Of a stretch of DNA of 64,000 bases, positions 18,220-26,602 are shown one piece after another; within the stretch, counting starts at the first letter, position 1, and every line of letters begins with the position of its first letter. The position numbers and the translations under genes are program-made. Under the pieces are notes generated by a model that searched no databases, was not told the origin of the DNA, and saw nothing but the letters and a program-made list of their open reading frames with translations. Source of the DNA: Candidatus Iainarchaeum sp. (lineage in GTDB: Archaea; Iainarchaeota; Iainarchaeia; Iainarchaeales; VGJJ01); NCBI GenBank assembly GCA_016699555.1, contig CP064981.1, positions 554,558-618,557 of the forward strand. Direction: 5' to 3'.

Positions 18220-18785
18220 GATTCATACACCTGCAGCGTCACCAAGACGGGCTTTCCGTGGTAGACGGAAGAAAATGTGCTGGTACTCACTTTGACCGCA
18301 TCGACGGGAGAGATACCCGCATTCCAAATGATGTTTTTGTTCACGTCCGAGATATAGAAATAAAAATTCTTATCGCCGATGCCCATGCCCACTTTGAGGG
18401 AGCGATAATCATCCACGTTCCAATCGCGGAATTGGGCCAACTTTTGGGGGTCGATTTCTTTTCCGTGATCGATGAGGCCGATCCATGCGACAGCATTCCT
18501 GTCGGAGAGGTATTCCCAATTGGTAGGGTTTCCCGGAGAAAAGATCATCAATTGTGCGAGGCGGTCCGTGACATGATTCAGGCGTTCTCCCTCCGCCGAG
18601 GAGGTGGTTTGAGTAACGAGTTGGTCCGTGAGGGCAAACGTCACGGTAAGCGCGAATAGGAAGACCATCATCGCCAGGAGGGCATCCGATGAGAAGAGTT
18701 GCCCGCGCGCGCGAGAGGGATTAGCGGCCATCATCCTCATCTCCATCCCCTCCGCCGCCTCCACCGTCTTTGCCTCCGCCTTCAT
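18216..18785 (-). CDS. pilin-like protein (class III signal peptide)
   Basis: ...RARGQLFSSDALLAMMVFLFALTVTFAL. True start possibly an internal Met (MRMMAANPSRARGQ). Confidence 0.6.
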   Translation of the reverse strand: MKAEAKTVEAAEGMEMRMMAANPSRARGQLFSSDALLAMMVFLFALTVTFALTDQLVTQTTSSAEGERLNHVTDRLAQLMIFSPGNPTNWEYLSDRNAVAWIGLIDHGKEIDPQKLAQFRDWNVDDYRSLKVGMGIGDKNFYFYISDVNKNIIWNAGISPVDAVKVSTSTFSSVYHGKPVLVTLQVYES

Positions 18786-19200
18786 CGATGCTGGCCTGGG
18801 TTATCTCAGCCGGTCCGATCGTGAGACCATCCGTGCGATGCGTGACGCGGATCAACATGCCATCCGTGAAGGAATTGCTGTCCACCATGATGCTAGGGAT
18901 GGGGCTGATGAGATCATATTCTCCGGCGGAACCATAGAGGTTCTTTCCCTGCACAAAGAAATTCTCATCCACCTGTGCGCGAGGGATGAATGAGACGATG
19001 TGGGTCCCGCTTGGGCTGTGTGCGGCCTGGTAGATGAGCTCCAATATCTTTTCCTGGTTTTGCCGTAACTCGAACAGGTTTTGTCTGGAATTCGCCACTC
19101 CCGCTTGGGTGCTGAAAATATTGATGCTCACGAGCAGGATGACCAAGAGCACGGAGATGATCAGCAGCAATTCTACCGTGACTTGGCCGTGTGCGCGCAT
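18721..19200 (-). CDS. pilin-like protein (class III signal peptide)
   Basis: Start chosen at MRAHGQVTVELLLIISVLLVILLVSINIF; C-terminal Gly-rich tail. Confidence 0.6.
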   Translation of the reverse strand: MRAHGQVTVELLLIISVLLVILLVSINIFSTQAGVANSRQNLFELRQNQEKILELIYQAAHSPSGTHIVSFIPRAQVDENFFVQGKNLYGSAGEYDLISPIPSIMVDSNSFTDGMLIRVTHRTDGLTIGPAEITQASIDEGGGKDGGGGGGDGDEDDGR

Positions 19201-19249
19201 GCCCAGAAAGGGCTTTTTCGGCTTATAATGGATAGCGTTTTTTCCACGA

Positions 19250-21538
19250 TTAGTCGTCGGCCGTAATGGTGATATTTGCATCCATAATCCCATTGGCCTC
19301 CTCGATGATGAACGTATTCACGTTCGAAATCAATATCGCGGAGGGGGGATCCAGGTTACCGGCGTATTGGAATAACACATTGGTCACATAGGTCGTGCTG
19401 AGCAAATCGATAGTGGTATATGGGTTGGAATGCCTGTTGTCCACATTAGCTGCCGTGTTCTTGATGTTGCTCGTATATCTTGTCGGATACCATACCCGCA
19501 CGCGATTGACGGTCCTGGCACCGAAATCGAAATTGAGATCCACGGTGTAAGAGACACTTTGCTCGTTAGAATCGATATGGAATAATAGATTCCCTGTCCT
19601 CGGACTGGAAGGGGTCAATTGGATGTCCGTGATGACCAGCCCGGTCACATTTGTAGCAGCCGGGAAGAACTGAAATGAATTCCCATCTTCTTCGATCGAC
19701 ATGCTGTTGAATGCTTGCGCAGAGTCGGTATTGGAGAGGCCGCTCCAATTGTATGCTTCATCCCTGAATTTGGCCGCAAAATAATAAGTCGGACCAATGT
19801 TCAGGTCGGAGACCGTGATATAGGTAGGATATCCTCCCACGGCCTTGCTGAAATAATAATCATCCACGGGCGTTGCGCTGTTGAATTCAGATTCGTTATC
19901 GATAGAGCTCAGCGAGTAACGCAGATTCGCATCCACGGGAGTCCCGGTAAAATTATCATCCCCGGGAGAAGTGAAATTCAATCGGATTGTGCGGAAATCC
20001 GGTCCAGGGGAGGCGACGAGATTAGTTACCGTTCCGGGAGCAGTCGTATCGAGGAAGCAACCCGTGCCCCAAATGCCGGAAGAATAGACGGACCCATCCG
20101 AAAAAGTGACATGGGATTGGAATTGCTCTCCTTCATCGGAGATATTGCCCGTAAAGTAGAGGAAATTATTCTGGTAAATCCCATTGCCGCTGATATTCAA
20201 GCTGATCGCATTCGTCTCATTATCATCCGCCGCAGGAGAAAAGACGAAATCCCCTCCGCTGCTCCAAAATTCCTCGAGCTGCGCATGATTGGAATCGCAC
20301 GCCCACCATCGCTGCACGCGCAACTGGGATAGAGTAATGGCTCCGGAAGAATTATTCTTGAGCTTGAATCCCTGCACTGTCGTGGTATCCGGGAAGTAGG
20401 CCCCATTCCAGTCCCAAAGGAATGCGCCCGCCTGACCGAATACCTCGAGCTCGATGGGAATCACTTGATTGTTGGCGCCCGAATAATCCGTTACCGCGAG
20501 GCTTCCTAAATAGTGTCCATAACTCGTTCCTCCAGGAACCGTTATGGTGACCGTTTCCGTCGTGCAGCTTTGGCCCGAAAGCGTAGCGATCGTCGCGATG
20601 CTTTCGATCCAATCACCCGCGTTTCCCGAAGAAGGGATGAAAGAAATATTTTTCAGCTCTGCATTGCCCGTGTTGCAGATCTGGATTCCGATCGCGTTGG
20701 AGTCCGCTCCCAGCGTAGTGAAATAGAGCGAGGCCGGGAGGATATTCATGAGCGTGCCGGTGTTGGAAAAGACCTCCACGTTGATGGGGATCGCAAACGT
20801 CTCGACGCGATCCGAGAAGGTCGCAGTGATCGTGAGCGTGCCCGTGTAATTCCCGATGGCGCTGGCCGTAGAGACTGCGTTCAAATCGATATCGAAAGGA
20901 GCGTTGCCGACGATGGTTCCGCTGCTCGGGGAAATGACCGTCGTCACGAGCGTATGCGACCACGAAAGGGAAGCGCTCAGCGTGGCGGAGGAGGAATCGT
21001 GATTCGTCAAGGTGATGCGCGTGGTTTGATTACTGTCGCGCGCCATGGGAAGATAGATGCTCGCGGCCGAAGAAGAGAGCGTATTGGAACCCACATGCAC
21101 CCCGGTAGCGGTCGTGGTCAAGAGCAATTGCTTGGGCCCAAACGTGGTGGGGAGGCTTCCGGTCAGCGTGACGTCGGTGGTGGCAGTAATATCCGTGTCG
21201 TACACGCGCATGACGATGGATTTGCCGCTGAAATAGACATTCGCGGGATCGATTCCCCGGGGGAAATGGATGATGATGCTTTCCTGCGCGCCAATCCCTT
21301 GCGCATTCACGCCATTGATGGCGTCTGCCATCTCCGCTACCGCGATCTGTCCGGTCTTGATGGCCTGCTGTTGCTGCAATTGCAATACGTGCGTCGTGGT
21401 AAAATTCACCAAATATGCGAGGATGACCGTGGCGATCGCCACGGCCACGAGCATCTCTACCGTGCTCTGCCCGCGTGACTTTGTTGGCGGGGAATCGGAT
21501 TCCATATGGGGGAGAGCGGCTTTACCCAATAAAAGCAT
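19250..21538 (-). CDS. giant pilin-like adhesin (762 aa) with class III signal peptide and Ig/FN3-like beta domains
   Basis: N-terminus RGQSTVEMLVAVAIATVILAYLV; repeated beta-rich modules; FN3-like block TVTNLVASPGPDFRTIRLNFTSPGDDNFTG...LRYS...YYFAAKFRDEA. Paralog of 21557-23797. Confidence 0.75.
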   Translation of the reverse strand: MLLLGKAALPHMESDSPPTKSRGQSTVEMLVAVAIATVILAYLVNFTTTHVLQLQQQQAIKTGQIAVAEMADAINGVNAQGIGAQESIIIHFPRGIDPANVYFSGKSIVMRVYDTDITATTDVTLTGSLPTTFGPKQLLLTTTATGVHVGSNTLSSSAASIYLPMARDSNQTTRITLTNHDSSSATLSASLSWSHTLVTTVISPSSGTIVGNAPFDIDLNAVSTASAIGNYTGTLTITATFSDRVETFAIPINVEVFSNTGTLMNILPASLYFTTLGADSNAIGIQICNTGNAELKNISFIPSSGNAGDWIESIATIATLSGQSCTTETVTITVPGGTSYGHYLGSLAVTDYSGANNQVIPIELEVFGQAGAFLWDWNGAYFPDTTTVQGFKLKNNSSGAITLSQLRVQRWWACDSNHAQLEEFWSSGGDFVFSPAADDNETNAISLNISGNGIYQNNFLYFTGNISDEGEQFQSHVTFSDGSVYSSGIWGTGCFLDTTAPGTVTNLVASPGPDFRTIRLNFTSPGDDNFTGTPVDANLRYSLSSIDNESEFNSATPVDDYYFSKAVGGYPTYITVSDLNIGPTYYFAAKFRDEAYNWSGLSNTDSAQAFNSMSIEEDGNSFQFFPAATNVTGLVITDIQLTPSSPRTGNLLFHIDSNEQSVSYTVDLNFDFGARTVNRVRVWYPTRYTSNIKNTAANVDNRHSNPYTTIDLLSTTYVTNVLFQYAGNLDPPSAILISNVNTFIIEEANGIMDANITITADD

Positions 21539-21556
21539 GCCTTGTAAGGGATGCGG

Positions 21557-23797
21557 CTAGGCGAAGCGAAGCGTAAACTCGTCAATGCCATTCATGCTCG
21601 TCACATAGAAGGTATTCGGCTTCACGATGCCCGTCAGGCTGCCGACCAGGTCGAGGCACTGGTAGGTATAGCTCTCGCAGGTGGCGATATTTTCTTCATA
21701 ACTCATCAGGTTGACCGGGGTCAAGTCATTCATGAGGCCGGTATTCCAGTCATATCCCATTTCTTCTATGCCGGTGAACTCGGTATAGTCGAATTGGATG
21801 AATGTGATGGGGTGCTCATCCGACTCGCCGAAATTGATATCCATCAACCACGTCCCTGTACCGGCTTCTTGACCATAATTATCCTCGACGATCGCAATCG
21901 CAATATTGCGGACGGGGAACGTGCCTTCACTGAAGACCACGTTCTGCAGGATGAAAGACGAAAGCGTATTCGAATCCATGAAATGCGGATACTGGGTTCC
22001 GCTCTCGGTAATGGTCACTTCATCCGTGGGAGTGGCGGAGGGGCTGTTGGTATACGCATAGTGCGGCACCTCATCCTCGAAGCGCCCACCATAGTACCAG
22101 GTTTCCCCAAGCGGCATCCCGAATACGTGCATGCTGACGTCCGTGTCTCCGGTTGTGATGTTGAAATCACCATAAAATAATGCATCGGCTAAAGCCCACG
22201 TCGGTTCGTCATTCACGCGACCGCTCCGATAGCGGAAGGCCGCATCCGCCACTCTGCCGGAATAATCGTCATCTCCGGGGATGGTGAACTCCAAGAGCAC
22301 CGACCCCGGGTAATCGCCTGTGCCCGCAGTGAGATTAGTGATCGTCGCGGGAGGCGTCACATCTGCGGCGCATCCGCCTAGTCCAAAAACGGATGAGGTG
22401 TATGTGGTTCCGTCCGAGAAAGTGAGCGCTGCGACGAATTGCTCATTCTCATCATTGATGCGCCCGCTGAAATGGAGGGTATTATTCGTGTAATAGGACA
22501 ACACGGGCATGATGAAATCATTGATATCGCTTGCAACTCCGGCTGCGCTGCTCCCGGTGAAGCGAGTGCTGCCGTTGAATATGATGGACGTGAGCGCATT
22601 CTGGTTGGAATCGCAATTATTCCACCCGTCGAGGGTAAAACTGGTGATATTGAGGGGATTGGATCCCGTGTTGGCCATGCCATATTCGATAATGGAGGTG
22701 TTCGTGAGATAGGCGACATTCCAATCCCACACGAATGCGCCGCTCATCCCTAAGACGTTCACCGTCAAGGGAATGGCAACGGTATTGGTGCCATCGAAAT
22801 CACGCAGGACGAGGGTGCCATAATAGGTGCCTAATCCCGTTCCATTGGGTGGAGAGATCGTGACTTGCACATCGGTGCATTCTTGCCCGGTCAAGGAGGC
22901 AATATCCGCGATGCCCTGCACCCAATCCCCTGCATTGCCCGTGGAGGGAGTGAAGGAAATGGATTTGATCGGGGTGTTGCCGAGATTGCATAATTGGATT
23001 AATCCCGAGTTGGAATCATCCCACAACGTATTCACGGTCAGCGATGTGGGGTAGGGCGTGAGCAGCGTGCCAGTGTCCACCAACACCTCGACATCGATGG
23101 GGATGCGCAATGATTCTAGGTGGTCAGAAAAACTAGCGGAAACCTGATAGGACCCGGTGTAATTCCCAACGGCCAGGGGGCCTGCATACACATTCACGTC
23201 GCGGTTGACATCCGCGGCAGACGAAATAGAAAAAGGCGTGGTATCCGATGCGCTCGTCACGAGCGTGGGATTCCATTGCAGGGTCGGCGTGATGAGTGCG
23301 CTCGTCGAGGAGGTGCTCCGCAATTGGATGTTCGCCGTGCTGTTCTGATCGCGCGCCACGGGGAGATAGATGAATGCAGGAGAAGCCGACAGCGTGAGCG
23401 TGCCGACGCTCACATACCCATCCGCCGCACGGATGTTGATGCGTTGCGTCCCGGCTGTTGTGGGGAGCGAGCCCGTGATATACGGGATGGCCGTCCCCAC
23501 GATATCGGACTTGTACACCCGCAACCGGATGGATTTGTTGGCGATGCTCGAGAGCGAGGCGTCGATGCCGGCGGGCCATATCACGGTGACCTGCTTGGCG
23601 GCCCCGGGGCCCTGCGCATACACTTCGTTGATTCCGTTGATCAACTCATTCATCGAAGCCTGCGCCGTCTTTTGCGCTTGGGTCTCTTGGAGGATGGCGA
23701 TCTGATTGCCCACGAATCCCACGAGACTGGCTACGACGATGAGCCCGATGGCCATGATGACCATCAACTCGACTGTCGTCTGGGCCTTGCGCTGCAT
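21557..23797 (-). CDS. giant pilin-like adhesin (746 aa) with class III signal peptide; first gene of operon
   Basis: N-terminus MQRKAQTTVELMVIMAIGLIVVASLVGFV. Collinear with 19250-21538 (for example LCNLGNTPIKSISFTPSTGNAGDWVQGIADIASLTGQECT against ICNTGNAELKNISFIPSSGNAGDWIESIATIATLSGQSCT). Confidence 0.75.
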   Translation of the reverse strand: MQRKAQTTVELMVIMAIGLIVVASLVGFVGNQIAILQETQAQKTAQASMNELINGINEVYAQGPGAAKQVTVIWPAGIDASLSSIANKSIRLRVYKSDIVGTAIPYITGSLPTTAGTQRINIRAADGYVSVGTLTLSASPAFIYLPVARDQNSTANIQLRSTSSTSALITPTLQWNPTLVTSASDTTPFSISSAADVNRDVNVYAGPLAVGNYTGSYQVSASFSDHLESLRIPIDVEVLVDTGTLLTPYPTSLTVNTLWDDSNSGLIQLCNLGNTPIKSISFTPSTGNAGDWVQGIADIASLTGQECTDVQVTISPPNGTGLGTYYGTLVLRDFDGTNTVAIPLTVNVLGMSGAFVWDWNVAYLTNTSIIEYGMANTGSNPLNITSFTLDGWNNCDSNQNALTSIIFNGSTRFTGSSAAGVASDINDFIMPVLSYYTNNTLHFSGRINDENEQFVAALTFSDGTTYTSSVFGLGGCAADVTPPATITNLTAGTGDYPGSVLLEFTIPGDDDYSGRVADAAFRYRSGRVNDEPTWALADALFYGDFNITTGDTDVSMHVFGMPLGETWYYGGRFEDEVPHYAYTNSPSATPTDEVTITESGTQYPHFMDSNTLSSFILQNVVFSEGTFPVRNIAIAIVEDNYGQEAGTGTWLMDINFGESDEHPITFIQFDYTEFTGIEEMGYDWNTGLMNDLTPVNLMSYEENIATCESYTYQCLDLVGSLTGIVKPNTFYVTSMNGIDEFTLRFA

Positions 23798-23894
23798 AGC
23801 CCAAAGGACCTTTTTGGGGCTTAAAATGGATTTGCTTGCACGGCAGCTTGTGCCATTTAAAACCTTTAGCGGGGCTTTTTGGTATTATAGACTC

Positions 23895-23972
23895 GCCGCT
23901 TTCGAGCGGTGGCGCCGAGAACGAGGAATTGCCGTTGCAATTCCTCCTTGGATGAACCCTTCTCAAGGGTTC
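23895..23972 (+). repeat. structured hairpin repeat, family 1 copy B, abutting the tRNA-Ser 5' end
   Basis: gccgctttcgagcggt | ggcgccgagaac | gaggaattgccgttgcaattcctc | cttggat | gaacccttctcaagggttc; the last hairpin ends 1 nt before the tRNA. Confidence 0.65.
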
Positions 23973-23973
23973 T

Positions 23974-24057
23974 GCACCGATGGCAGAGTGGTCTAATGCG
24001 CCGGTCTGGAAAGCCGGTCTCCTCACGGAGGCACGAGTTCGAATCTCGTTCGGTGCG
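23974..24057 (+). tRNA. tRNA-Ser (anticodon GGA), long variable arm, no encoded CCA
   Basis: GCACCGA...CCGGT-CTGGAAA-GCCGG...ACGAG-TTCGAAT-CTCGT-TCGGTGC-G. Confidence 0.85.
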
Positions 24058-24191
24058 AAGTTCATCTCATTCTTCTGCGCTTGCGAACACGGATGAATGA
24101 TTGATTCCTATCAGAATAATTGCCCACCCGAAACAGTTCGAGTTTTTCTCTGGAATGCGTCATTAAATAGTTTGGGGGATATCCCACGTAC

Positions 24192-24608
24192 ATGCCCTCC
24201 GATTCCACCTGCATCTTCTGCAAAATCATCAACAAAGAAATCCCTGCCGACATCCTGTATGAGGATGCGCACTACCTCTGTTTCCTGGACATCCACCCCA
24301 TCTCTCCCGGGCACGCGCTCGTTATCCCAAAAAACCACTCGCGAGATATCCTCGATGCCGCTCCCAAGGACCGCGAAGGATTGCTCGCTGTCGTCGCCAA
24401 GGTCGCGCCCGCGATATTGAAAGGAGTCCACGCCACGGCGTTCAACATCGGCATCAACACGGGTAAACCGGCCGGACAAGTGGTATTCCACACCCACATC
24501 CACATCATCCCGCGCCAGGACGAGGACGGGTTGAAGAGCTGGGACGCGCACAAAATAGGGATCAAGGAATTACAGCTCATCCGCGCAGGGATCAGCCCCC
24601 ATTTGTAG
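24192..24608 (+). CDS. HIT-family (histidine triad) nucleotide hydrolase
   Basis: CIFCKII...HALVIPKNH...GQVVFHTHIHIIPR (HxHxHxx triad). Confidence 0.85.
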   Translation: MPSDSTCIFCKIINKEIPADILYEDAHYLCFLDIHPISPGHALVIPKNHSRDILDAAPKDREGLLAVVAKVAPAILKGVHATAFNIGINTGKPAGQVVFHTHIHIIPRQDEDGLKSWDAHKIGIKELQLIRAGISPHL

Positions 24609-24635
24609 GGCATTTTTAATCCCCAAGAGCGAAAA

Positions 24636-25196
24636 GTGAGTGTGACGCGTACGACTGTGCACACGATCGCATTCGCCCCCAGCAAAGGACCCGGCATGCT
24701 CGACCGCTTCATGTGGGAACACCTCCCGCTGATCGCGCGCAGGATGGGGGAAAAAGAACTGTTTGTGCGCATCGCCCCGGAAAGGTCGTTTGCGCAGTGG
24801 CATTTGGCATTGCACAAGAGCAAACCCTTCGTGCAAGCCCAACTCGACAACCTCCTGGCACGCCAAACCCATTTCGGTATCAAGGCCGGATTCAAAGAAC
24901 GTCCGCGCGAGGCCGAAATAGTGCTCCAATTGCCTCTCGCGCACGCGGATGAATTCCTCAACGCGCATAATATTTTCCTCTATGCCTGCATGCCATTCCT
25001 GCGCGTGCAAGCGGGACATTTCGCGATCGACTTCTCCAAAGCGAGCACGTTCCATGTCCAAGTCGAGGGCGATGCGCAGGCGCTGGAACAATTCACCTCA
25101 TTCGTGCGCAATCCCAAATTGCTCGCGACAACTCCCGTGCGCAAAAAGCGTTCGCGTACCAAAAAACAAACCAAGCGGCGGCGAGGGATACACTGA
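24636..25196 (+). CDS. hypothetical protein with KR-rich C-terminal tail
   Basis: 186-aa ORF, no recognised domain; ends PVRKKRSRTKKQTKRRRGIH. Confidence 0.45.
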   Translation: MSVTRTTVHTIAFAPSKGPGMLDRFMWEHLPLIARRMGEKELFVRIAPERSFAQWHLALHKSKPFVQAQLDNLLARQTHFGIKAGFKERPREAEIVLQLPLAHADEFLNAHNIFLYACMPFLRVQAGHFAIDFSKASTFHVQVEGDAQALEQFTSFVRNPKLLATTPVRKKRSRTKKQTKRRRGIH

Positions 25197-25681
25197 TGTT
25201 CGTGAATGGGAACGCCACCACCGCATTAATGCACCTCCTCACATGGAATGAACTGCACCGCTTGCGCGTGAACGCGGAATGGCCCATCACCAAGATGAAA
25301 GCCGAACAAAAAGTACTAGTGAATTTTGCCCGGCAACAGAATCCCAAAGAAGGAGCGTTCGACTTCTATGTGGAAACGCCTCGCAAGCGCATCGGATTCG
25401 AAGTGCTCACGCGCCCGAGCAAAGGAAAGATGCTGCGCAAGATTTCCTACCGCGATGAAGTGGACGAATTCGTTTTCGTGATCCCGCACGACTCATTATT
25501 GCCCTATCAAAAAACAGAAACCGCTCCCGGATTCCACGTCCGCAGCAAGGCGCTGCCCAAAGAATTCGCCCAAAAAGGGCTCTATATCTGGCTCGTGGAC
25601 CTGGCGGAGCAGCGCATCATCAAGCGCGCACCCATCGCCAGGATTTACCACGTCGAATCCGCTCCCATGAAGAGAAAATAG
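25196..25681 (+). CDS. hypothetical protein
   Basis: 161-aa ORF; start overlaps the previous stop (TGATG). No recognised domain. Confidence 0.45.
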   Translation: MFVNGNATTALMHLLTWNELHRLRVNAEWPITKMKAEQKVLVNFARQQNPKEGAFDFYVETPRKRIGFEVLTRPSKGKMLRKISYRDEVDEFVFVIPHDSLLPYQKTETAPGFHVRSKALPKEFAQKGLYIWLVDLAEQRIIKRAPIARIYHVESAPMKRK

Positions 25682-25749
25682 CCCTCGGAGATTCCTCGCT
25701 TTAAATTCTCTCCGTTTCCATTCTGAGTAACGCCTATCCAATCCCTACT

Positions 25750-25824
25750 GCCCGAGTAGCTCAGCCTGGATAGAGCACCTGCCTTCTAAGCAGGTGGTCG
25801 AGGGTTCAAATCCCTTCTCGGGCG
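25750..25824 (+). tRNA. tRNA-Arg (anticodon UCU), no encoded CCA
   Basis: GCCCGAG-TA-GCTC-AGCCTGGATA-GAGC-A-CCTGC-CTTCTAA-GCAGG-TGGTC-GAGGG-TTCAAAT-CCCTT-CTCGGGC-G. Confidence 0.9.
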
Positions 25825-25827
25825 CTC

Positions 25828-25853
25828 CTTTTTCTTTTTAAAAAAAGAAAAAG
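25828..25853. terminator. perfect 12-bp A/T inverted repeat (ctttttcttttt-aa-aaaaagaaaaag) immediately 3' of tRNA-Arg
   Basis: Strand-symmetric hairpin flanked by T/A runs. A similar element (tttttctttttttccaaaaaagaaaaagg, 9565-9595) lies 3' of tRNA-Ser(UGA). Candidate oligo-T/hairpin terminators. Confidence 0.5.
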
Positions 25854-25914
25854 TAGTGCGCAGTCAAAAAGAAAAAACAGAAGGTGGTGCGGCACAATAC
25901 CACTTCGCAGGCGC

Positions 25915-26388
25915 TTATTTCTTGAAATGCAGATGCAGCTTCCGGCGCAGCCATCTCTTTGTGCTGCGGATGGGGTGTTCAATGAATTGTCCCACGCGCG
26001 TCTTCTCGAACGCATGCCATCCCAGCTTGATCAAGCGAACAAAACGAAAGGCATTCCCAAATGGCACTACCGAAAGAATGGTCATCCACTTCGTCTTGAT
26101 GAAATGGATCTTATTGCGCGCCACCAAGAAAATCAACAACACCTCGGTGATTAGGATCACTTCGGCCGCGATGTCCGCCAAATGGATCAATTCCAGCGTT
26201 GCCTTGCCCGGGTGGAAAAAAATTTCCAATGCGAACGTCATGGCCAGAAACAGCACGCACGCCAGCCCCACCATCTCCCAAATCACAAAGAAAGGAGAAT
26301 GCCTATGATGCGCCCAGGAGTGAGATTTAGCATGAGCTTCTTTACTTTCTCCCTTGCGCGCATGAATGGAAGCACTTGCATGTGTCAT
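25915..26388 (-). CDS. hypothetical membrane protein (2-3 TM helices; ion-channel-like architecture)
   Basis: Hydrophobic helices VGLACVLFLAMTFAL and IAAEVILITEVLLIFLVA. No selectivity-filter motif seen. Confidence 0.4.
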   Translation of the reverse strand: MTHASASIHARKGESKEAHAKSHSWAHHRHSPFFVIWEMVGLACVLFLAMTFALEIFFHPGKATLELIHLADIAAEVILITEVLLIFLVARNKIHFIKTKWMTILSVVPFGNAFRFVRLIKLGWHAFEKTRVGQFIEHPIRSTKRWLRRKLHLHFKK

Positions 26389-26421
26389 ATCGGAAGGACG
26401 AAAAACCGCTATTTAATCCCC

Positions 26422-26565
26422 GAACCCTTGAGAAGCCTTTTTGGGAAAAAGGCTTGCGAAAAACGGTTTTCGCTAACCTTTTCTGAAAAGGTTAAAGGGT
26501 TCATCCAAGGAAGCCAGATGCTGTAAAACAGCACCTGGCCTCGGTATCGCCGGTCGAAAACGGCG
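26422..26565 (-). repeat. structured hairpin repeat, family 1 copy C (reverse orientation) with about 60-nt insertion of three A/T hairpins, in the 5' leader of the ATPase gene
   Basis: rc reads cgccgttttcgaccggcg | ataccgag | gccaggtgctgttttacagcatctggc | ttccttggat | gaaccctt [taaccttttcagaaaaggtta gcgaaaaccgtttttcgc aagcctttttcccaaaaaggctt] ctcaagggttc. Confidence 0.65.
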
Positions 26566-26602
26566 TAATACTTAAATGCCCGCAAATGGTTGGAATAGGC
26601 AT

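Noticed and set aside
20513-21478. 321-aa plus-strand ORF (Arg/Gly/Asp-rich)
   Set aside because: Antisense to the giant pilin-like gene 19250-21538; its composition is what a GC-rich antisense frame produces; no motifs.
23120-23824. 234-aa plus-strand ORF
   Set aside because: Antisense to the giant pilin-like gene 21557-23797.
9487-26565. Considered CRISPR array for the repeated hairpins
   Set aside because: Copies are tens of kb apart, not regularly spaced, and differ in arrangement; no cas genes in the window.
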